The notes under the pieces were generated by a model, which was not told the origin of the DNA, did no database searches, and was given only the letters and a program-made list of their open reading frames with translations. Position numbers and translations under genes: made by a program. A stretch of 64,000 nucleotides of DNA, from positions 1 to 64,000 of the IMG/VR virus record IMGVR_UViG_3300048590_000360. One strand, written 5' to 3'. The DNA is from a virus. Below are positions 58,056 to 64,000 of the stretch, piece by piece. The stretch's first letter is position 1; every line of letters starts with the position of its first letter.

Positions 58056-58092
58056 AGAAAAAGGGGTGTAGTCGGATACACCCCTTCCCTTT
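58056..58092. terminator. bidirectional rho-independent terminator between convergent genes
   Basis: Perfect 8-bp stem ggggtgta (58063-58070) / tacacccc (58077-58084). The A-rich 5' flank and T-rich 3' flank give U tracts on both strands. Confidence 0.75.
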
Positions 58093-58113
58093 GTTCTCTA
58101 ATCACCATTGGTG

Positions 58114-59553
58114 TTAAGAACGCTTAATGTACAGACAAGTGTTGGCTGCCATAAGTTCAAAGCCCATTACTGAATAATAACGAATCTCATAAACTGCTTT
58201 AGCATCATCACCTTCTTTCATTTTGTCGTGGAATACAACACGCTTACGGTTATCCTCACCTCTTGCAGATTCAAGGTAACGTAAACGAAGTGTTGGTACC
58301 ATTTGTCCGAATTCTTCTCCACCGGCTACTTTCGCTTGCTTAGTAGGGATTAAGAATCCTTCGTATGGGTATCCATAACCAGAAGCACCAAGAGATTGAA
58401 CGTCATTAAACGCTTCCATTCTCCTTTTTAGGAACCGGTGTCCATTAACAGAAAACTCCTGAAAACGTAGGTTAGCAGATTTCTCAGCATCAGCAGAGAA
58501 TGTACCATAAGAGATAGCACCATTCTTCAGGATGTCACGGAACTCACGGTCAATTTGTCCGTCAAGACGGATACCATTGAACATCATGTGTTCGTCACCG
58601 GCTTTTTCAGCATTCAAAGTGATAACCATGTCCTCAATATCAGATACCGTCAAACCAGTTGCACCGGTGTAGTTCTGAATGTTGGCACGGCTAATCATCT
58701 CAGGAATCAAACCATTTGAGCGTAACACCGGAGTTTCAGCAGTATGGAACACTTGTGCAAGGGTAGTGTTGCTGATTTGTTCACCAACAAGTAATCCCAA
58801 GTCAATTTTATTACAAAATACTGCGTAAGCCTGTTGTTCACCTTTAATTGTGAATTTAGGTGCGCCACGGTCAGCACCGTCTGGTTCGTACCATAACACC
58901 ACGTCATTACCAATATATGAAACAGTGTGTTTCATAGTGGTAGTACCCATGTAGTTTGAATACTTAGTGGCTTTAAATGAATAACCTTCAGGAAATGCTT
59001 CACCTTCACCTGTAGCTTGTCCTACAATAGAGATTTCATCTGCTGTAGCAATCGCAGGGATAGCTTTAGTAGAATTTACAGGGTAAGCAACGAATGTCCC
59101 AGCTGATTTGTTAACAGATGTTACGATTGCCTGAATGTAGTTACCACTTGAAGCGGTAGTACCTGAAGCTGGTTTAATCTGAATGATGTCACCTTTAACA
59201 ACTGAGTTGCCATTTTTAGTACCGGTAACACTTGTGTCATACGGAGACGCTGAACCTATTGAAGTAGTAGATGAACTATCCAAAATAAATGTAGCGGCTG
59301 CACCGGCACTTGCACCAGTAGTAGTAGCTTTGATTTTCGGATAAATTCTATCTTCTTCCCAATGGTCGTATTGGATGTCTGTTGCACCTTTTTCTGCTCC
59401 GAACATTTGGAACAAATAAGATAGGTTTAACAGTTCTTTGCCATAGCGTGAAGTCAATAGACGTTCTACGTCAGGTCTGATAGCACTGTATGTGCTGTAG
59501 AAATTGTGGTCGGTGGGTGTGTATGTTTGTCCACCTTTTGTGTAAGTTGCCAT
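58114..59553 (-). CDS. major capsid protein (candidate)
   Basis: 479 aa. Lies directly downstream of the portal-size and scaffold-like genes and is followed by a strong terminator. Assignment by gene order and size, not by a verified fold. Confidence 0.6.
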   Translation of the reverse strand: MATYTKGGQTYTPTDHNFYSTYSAIRPDVERLLTSRYGKELLNLSYLFQMFGAEKGATDIQYDHWEEDRIYPKIKATTTGASAGAAATFILDSSSTTSIGSASPYDTSVTGTKNGNSVVKGDIIQIKPASGTTASSGNYIQAIVTSVNKSAGTFVAYPVNSTKAIPAIATADEISIVGQATGEGEAFPEGYSFKATKYSNYMGTTTMKHTVSYIGNDVVLWYEPDGADRGAPKFTIKGEQQAYAVFCNKIDLGLLVGEQISNTTLAQVFHTAETPVLRSNGLIPEMISRANIQNYTGATGLTVSDIEDMVITLNAEKAGDEHMMFNGIRLDGQIDREFRDILKNGAISYGTFSADAEKSANLRFQEFSVNGHRFLKRRMEAFNDVQSLGASGYGYPYEGFLIPTKQAKVAGGEEFGQMVPTLRLRYLESARGEDNRKRVVFHDKMKEGDDAKAVYEIRYYSVMGFELMAANTCLYIKRS

Positions 59554-59588
59554 TTTTGTTTTAAAAATTAAGTTTGTAAATTAACACT

Positions 59589-60692
59589 TTAGCCAAGTAT
59601 TGAGTTACGTGCCTTATCTTCTGCTGTGAGTGGTTTAGTCGGTTCAGTAACGCTATTGTTACCTCTCTTAAAATCAATATTATCAATCTTCTCTACTGTT
59701 GATTTCGATCCTATCGAAACTCCTTCATTAAAGATTGTTCTACTGATATCTTCAAACCTATCCAGCGTAAGAATATCTCTACGCATTTTGTTATAGTCAA
59801 CGGATACTTGACCTTCTTTGTCCGTTAACCACCTTTGCCATATCATGTTTGAATTGCCAGTCATTGTGTTAATAACTCCACTTTTCGCTTCGTCGTTAAC
59901 ATCGAAATTGACTTCAGCCACAACTTCACCTTTCGCATTTGTAATTTTAAATGTTTCTTTGGCGTAATTTTTAAGGTTGTCACTGAGGGCATTTTTCAAC
60001 ACAATCATTTGTTCCTCTATCTTAGCTGGTGCGTTTTGCTGTTCTGCCTTTTTAACCATGTACTTTATCTCACTAAGATTCGGTAGTTTAGATTTAATTT
60101 CATTAATTTTCTTAATGGCATTTCTTTCTTCTCTTGCAAATTTAGCTGATAACAAGTCTAAAAAATCTGGAGTAATTTTACCTTCATCAATAAGGTTTTG
60201 AATATCCTCATCTGAAAATTTATCTTCATCCAAATACTTGTATTCCTGTAGTGCAGCTTCAATTTCAATATCTGATATTTCCGGGTCGTCTAATAACATT
60301 GCTGCTTTTAGAATTTCCACAGAATCCATTTGTTCCGGATCCATTGATTGGATTACCTTAATATCTTCTGTGGTGTACCCGTATTGTTCAACTAAGGAAT
60401 TGTCAATCCTTTCATATATATCTAAGATTGAATCATCTTCACTGATGAATGGTTTTTCCTCTTTCTGTGTTTCTATTGGTACCTGTTCTTCTGTCTTAGT
60501 CTCTACAGATGTAGTAACGGGTGTTTGTTCTTCAGATTTTGTCTCCGCAGGAGGTGTTGCCGGTGCCTGTTCTTCAGATTTTGTCTCCGCAGGAGGTGTT
60601 GCCGGTGCCTGTTCTTCAGGTTTTGCGTTTTCTTCATTCAAAGAACTATCTACCCTTTTCATTCCGGGTACTTCATCAAAAATTCCATTCAT
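59589..60692 (-). CDS. scaffolding-like acidic protein with tandem repeats
   Basis: 367 aa, Glu/Asp-rich and helical, with the N-terminal repeat KSEEQAPATPPAET. Sits between the portal and capsid candidates. Confidence 0.5.
   Translation of the reverse strand: MNGIFDEVPGMKRVDSSLNEENAKPEEQAPATPPAETKSEEQAPATPPAETKSEEQTPVTTSVETKTEEQVPIETQKEEKPFISEDDSILDIYERIDNSLVEQYGYTTEDIKVIQSMDPEQMDSVEILKAAMLLDDPEISDIEIEAALQEYKYLDEDKFSDEDIQNLIDEGKITPDFLDLLSAKFAREERNAIKKINEIKSKLPNLSEIKYMVKKAEQQNAPAKIEEQMIVLKNALSDNLKNYAKETFKITNAKGEVVAEVNFDVNDEAKSGVINTMTGNSNMIWQRWLTDKEGQVSVDYNKMRRDILTLDRFEDISRTIFNEGVSIGSKSTVEKIDNIDFKRGNNSVTEPTKPLTAEDKARNSILG
60527..60620. repeat. 42-bp in-frame tandem repeat, 2.2 copies
   Basis: Units at 60527-60568 and 60569-60610 are identical, and a partial third follows. 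They encode (K)SEEQAPATPPAET. Confidence 0.9.
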
Positions 60693-60757
60693 TTTTATTT
60701 GATTTAATTGTTACAAAAGTAATAAAAATTTATTTCATTACACAAGTATGTGTTTTT

Positions 60758-63160
60758 TCACACGTCTAATGCTGATTTAATTGGATTGAATTGTGTCTGT
60801 GGGTCACGGACTCCTGGAACTAAGTCTGTTCCAGGTTTACTACCTATATCTGCTGTAGGTGAATTTTGGTCAGACAACTCCGCAGCAACTTGAATCTTTT
60901 CAATTTCACTATCACCTCTAATATGGGCTACTGCTCTATCACCGTTTATTTCAGTTTCTTTAAGTCTAATCTTCCATGTATATTCTGCTTCAATCTCAGC
61001 TAAACGGGCTTCTGTTTTTGCTTTAATAATTTGCAGTTCTTTCTCAGTGCTTGCCACGACAGACATTTTTTCTCTTTCAGCAATTAACATTTCTTGTTCT
61101 GCACGTTGTTTGCTAACTTCCTCATTCCTTTTCTTCATGATGTACGATAACATCCTTTCACCTTTCTTGGTATTAAGTGTCCTGCGGATATTAGTAGCAT
61201 CATCCAATGTAATAGATTTTTCCTGAAGGGCAATTTGGATATCGTTCTCAAGCTTAGCAATTTCCTCTTTCCCTGGTAGTGCTTCAGTTTTAATACCTAA
61301 TTCAATAGATTCAACGTCACCTAATGCTTCCATTGATACGATACCCATTTGGCCGATTACAGATTCATAAGCATCTCTGCAAGATGGGTCGTGTACCAAT
61401 CTTATCTGAATCATTCGGCTTAATGTTTCTCCAGTGGGTTCATAGATTCCTTTGACATAGGTTTGGTAAATTTCCCTAAGTGCGTTATTAGAATTTATTA
61501 GTTGTAATTTTTGAATACCTATTGCTGTATCTTTGTCCGGTTTAAATGTATCCATTGCAGATATACCGGTTATCTCTCTTATTTTCTCCAATTCAAATCT
61601 GATAATCTCCATGAATGGAGCAATCTGTCCCACGATGCCGTTTGGCAATGGGATAATTGGTGGCCTGTTCATATATTCTCCGTCAACAGTTGAATCTGAA
61701 TGCACCAATATACCCTTTTGGACATATAGTTTAATTAATTCCGTTGGGTCTGAGACTTTAACAGAATCAAGCATTACACCTGTTAATGAATCTATACTTA
61801 TGGATACCCCTGGAGGGATAGCTTGTGCAATGAACTGACGCATCTTCAATGATGCTATCTGTATATTGTCAAGGTGTGATTTACTTCTATCAATAAGACT
61901 ACGGCTTTCATTGTATCTGTAGTTAATTGAATACATTATAAATTTCCGGTAACAGCGTGAACTTAGTTTACCTGATTTCTTTGGGCGTAGTGAATTCTTT
62001 GCTCTCCCCCACGATGCCATCTTATCAATAGAGATTACATATATTCCTTCATATTCTCTTTCAATGCTTTTGGCAAATTTCTTATCTTCATCAATCTCTG
62101 TGTTAAAACCTTTGTTGTTGAAGTAATGGTTGCCGTATTTATTTTCTTTCCATTCCCAATTTAACAAATCCTCACTATACAGTATAAAATCAAGTATTTG
62201 AATCCTATATTCATCATACGTTTCTTCTTCTCTTGTTCTTTGAGTGCTGTAGTTTTGGTAGCTTTCCCCGAAACTCCAAATGGGATTGCCATTGGAATTT
62301 GCTGCTTTTTTTGCTGCTTGGAAAAGTTCTTCTTCTGAAAGGTGTTGGTTAAGTTTGCGAAGTTCTCTTACTGTTATGAATTTCAGTTCTCCCATGTATT
62401 CTACATCCTTCAAGTCAGGTCTGTCTGTTTGAGAATGGATTATAAATTCTATGTCAGAATATCTGATTCTGGGTTTATTGTTTTCGTCGAAGTACAACCT
62501 TATTGCTGCTCTGCTATTTTCCAGTAAGTCACGTTTTACTCTCTTGCTGATTTCCTGCCAATCATTATTGTAAAATTCAAAATTTGTAAGTTCCTCAAAG
62601 GCAATTTCAATATCCTGTTTAAATGTCAAGTCCATGTGCATATCTATTTCGTCAATAGACTTGAATACCATTTTAGGTATCTTCATTAAAGGGATACCGG
62701 TTTGCTTTTCTAATTCAAGTGCCGTTTTATATTTGACATAATCACCGATGAACTTATCCCTTGCATTATCCCTTAGTGATTTACTTTTTGGGTCAATAGC
62801 ATTGAATTGAATGTTATATTCCTGATTCAGCATATCCCCTAATACGGAGTCAATTAATACAGGCATAGGGCTAACAATGTCCCACGATATATTAAGGTAT
62901 GATTCACCTGTGCTATCAATCTCTTGGTCTAGTACAGGCATGTATTGACGTATATCCTGATTTCCGTCTGAATAGAGTCTGTTGTTGCGTATTTTTTGCC
63001 GTCTCCTTGTAAGATATTCATCGTACAGTGCTTTACTGTAGATGTGTTTAGCAACACGTTTCCCCCATTTAGGGGTTTGTTTTATTGCTGGGTCTATATC
63101 TGAATTGGGGAAAGGTGATTCAGACATTATTTTTTCATAATCTTCTTTGGATCTGGCCAT
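60758..63160 (-). CDS. portal protein (candidate)
   Basis: 800-aa ORF upstream of the scaffold-like and capsid candidates, with a C-terminal charged coiled coil. Assignment by size and order. Confidence 0.55.
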   Translation of the reverse strand: MARSKEDYEKIMSESPFPNSDIDPAIKQTPKWGKRVAKHIYSKALYDEYLTRRRQKIRNNRLYSDGNQDIRQYMPVLDQEIDSTGESYLNISWDIVSPMPVLIDSVLGDMLNQEYNIQFNAIDPKSKSLRDNARDKFIGDYVKYKTALELEKQTGIPLMKIPKMVFKSIDEIDMHMDLTFKQDIEIAFEELTNFEFYNNDWQEISKRVKRDLLENSRAAIRLYFDENNKPRIRYSDIEFIIHSQTDRPDLKDVEYMGELKFITVRELRKLNQHLSEEELFQAAKKAANSNGNPIWSFGESYQNYSTQRTREEETYDEYRIQILDFILYSEDLLNWEWKENKYGNHYFNNKGFNTEIDEDKKFAKSIEREYEGIYVISIDKMASWGRAKNSLRPKKSGKLSSRCYRKFIMYSINYRYNESRSLIDRSKSHLDNIQIASLKMRQFIAQAIPPGVSISIDSLTGVMLDSVKVSDPTELIKLYVQKGILVHSDSTVDGEYMNRPPIIPLPNGIVGQIAPFMEIIRFELEKIREITGISAMDTFKPDKDTAIGIQKLQLINSNNALREIYQTYVKGIYEPTGETLSRMIQIRLVHDPSCRDAYESVIGQMGIVSMEALGDVESIELGIKTEALPGKEEIAKLENDIQIALQEKSITLDDATNIRRTLNTKKGERMLSYIMKKRNEEVSKQRAEQEMLIAEREKMSVVASTEKELQIIKAKTEARLAEIEAEYTWKIRLKETEINGDRAVAHIRGDSEIEKIQVAAELSDQNSPTADIGSKPGTDLVPGVRDPQTQFNPIKSALDV

Positions 63161-63182
63161 AACTTTTTATCTAAAAGTGTTC

Positions 63183-63190
63183 CAAAGATA
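63183..63190 (-). promoter_or_regulatory. -7 promoter box (rc TATCTTTG)
   Basis: 22 nt upstream of ATG 63160 and directly after terminator 63195..63220. Confidence 0.45.
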
Positions 63191-63194
63191 CAAT

Positions 63195-63220
63195 AAAAAA
63201 AGGGAGTGTAATACCCCCTT
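63195..63220 (-). terminator. rho-independent terminator
   Basis: Minus RNA AAGGGGG UAUUACA CUCCCUU (one G-U) followed by U-rich UUUUUAUUG. Confidence 0.6.
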
Positions 63221-63241
63221 CTTTTATTATTGTTGTTCTAT

Positions 63242-64000
63242 TCATTCTGCCGGAGCATCATTGACTTCTTTATTCGCCAAAAGTAGGCTTGTTAATCTAC
63301 TTGTGTCAACCATTAATTCTTCTTCCAATTCTGAGATAGAACCGTATTTCTTTGCTCTTTTTGACCCGTGGTACCTGACAAAAACACCTTCAGGCGTTTC
63401 TTCTATTACCTGAAGTTCTTTTGATTCATTAATAATTTTACTGATTAAAGAAAAGTCTTTTGCAACGCCACGCTTAACGTCGAATTCTTCATCTGCTTTC
63501 AATGTTGGTTCCACAAGCATAATGATATCCTTCAGTGACTGCATGAATTCAGGTTTCTTGTCGCACATTTCACAGAAGTAGTCAAACACAGGCATATTGT
63601 GACTTTGAGCAATTAATAAACCGTTTTTGAATGACAATTTATTCGCGCCTCTATCTTCTACAATGTGGCCGTCCATGATTGCCCTACTCATCCAATATTT
63701 TACCTTCATAACCGGATTGCTAATTGCATTCATGATTAATTCAGGTGAATTGGTTGCCTTGGCATATAATGCCTGTCTTAGTTCACTGATAGGGTGTTTA
63801 ACTAAAGATGAAACGGGTTCTAAACCATTGCTCATTGCAAAGGATATTGCCATAACTTCATTAGGAGACATAGACCTGATTGCAGATTGAGCTTCAATAA
63901 CCTTTTCAACCTTAGAATTATATTCCTGAGATTTTTGGTCAATATCGAACTGCTTAAAAAGTACGGCATGTTGGTCAAACCTGTAGATAGAATTTTCATT
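63242..64000 (-). CDS. hypothetical protein, C-terminal part (frame stays open to the right window edge)
   Basis: The ORF track starts at Met 63871, but the same frame has no stop from 64000 down (NENSIYRFDQHAVLFKQFDIDQKSQEYNSKVEKVIEAQSAIRS-MSPNEV...). Confidence 0.6.
   Translation of the reverse strand, partial: NENSIYRFDQHAVLFKQFDIDQKSQEYNSKVEKVIEAQSAIRSMSPNEVMAISFAMSNGLEPVSSLVKHPISELRQALYAKATNSPELIMNAISNPVMKVKYWMSRAIMDGHIVEDRGANKLSFKNGLLIAQSHNMPVFDYFCEMCDKKPEFMQSLKDIIMLVEPTLKADEEFDVKRGVAKDFSLISKIINESKELQVIEETPEGVFVRYHGSKRAKKYGSISELEEELMVDTSRLTSLLLANKEVNDAPAE

Noticed and set aside
11470-58913. Short same-strand ORFs in alternative frames inside larger genes (11470..11664, 11671..11856, 13535..13732, 16977..17186, 17616..17831, 17922..18110, 20714..20911, 22145..22375, 23763..23993, 27126..27311, 37825..38043, 58707..58913)
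   Set aside because: They overlap longer ORFs on the same strand completely or largely, and I see no independent signals for them. I treat them as frame noise.
612-63890. Dozens of 60-150-aa plus-strand ORFs in the ORF track that lie antisense inside long minus-strand genes (for example 612..911, 4455..4781, 7221..7598, 35260..36009, 54155..54508, 60238..60702)
   Set aside because: They are fully nested in longer, better-supported genes on the other strand. They have low-complexity Ser/Leu/Phe-rich translations typical of antisense AT-rich coding DNA, and they have no promoter boxes.
1-64000. tRNA, rRNA, reverse transcriptase (DGR/retron) or transposase genes
   Set aside because: I found no tRNA-like T-arm/anticodon architecture, rRNA-like sequence, YxDD reverse-transcriptase motif or DDE transposase-like ORF while reading. 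Absence by eye is not proof, and tRNAscan or HMM searches would settle it.

Overview
The window reads as one AT-rich, tightly packed dsDNA phage or prophage segment, transcribed almost entirely on the minus strand. Promoter-like boxes match the Bacteroidota -7 consensus TAnnTTTG and no Shine-Dalgarno signals are visible, so a Bacteroidota host is inferred. Genes I can recognise: portal, repeat-containing scaffold and major capsid candidates (58.1-63.2 kb); large terminase (36.0-38.1 kb) flanked by five or six glycosyltransferase-like genes and a GroES-like gene; a 2862-aa virion-type protein preceded by two smaller proteins (4.3-14.9 kb); a 1214-aa structural protein; a short XerC/D-type tyrosine recombinase (47463..48254); RadC/JAB; an SMC-like ATPase; and a SAM methyltransferase. 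No tRNA, rRNA or CRISPR array was seen by eye. The most unusual content is two arrays of small same-strand ORFs (about 26.0-31.8 kb and 48.3-51.7 kb). Their intergenic spacers are 55-134 bp imperfect hairpins with covarying stems and conserved ends (xxTAAC ... GTTAGnn), which resemble integron attC sites (RYYYAAC ... GTTRRRY). One array abuts the 5' end of the recombinase gene through a GTTAGGT core. The other array ends in an identical 87-bp copy of that junction, including the first 14 recombinase codons. A duplicated cassette loses homology exactly at the AAC|G end of its element. I interpret this as an integron-like cassette system carried by a phage and served by a non-IntI recombinase. 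This is inference from sequence only. Other points: about 17 TAnnTTTG boxes, six of them 4-5 nt from the ATG (leaderless mRNAs likely); terminator-then-promoter modules; a 1.4-kb ORF-free GT-skewed region with a 14-bp tandem array; and several opposite-strand islands. Many ORF-track starts are upstream TTG/GTG extensions, and I trimmed them where a promoter box or repeat element argued for a later ATG.
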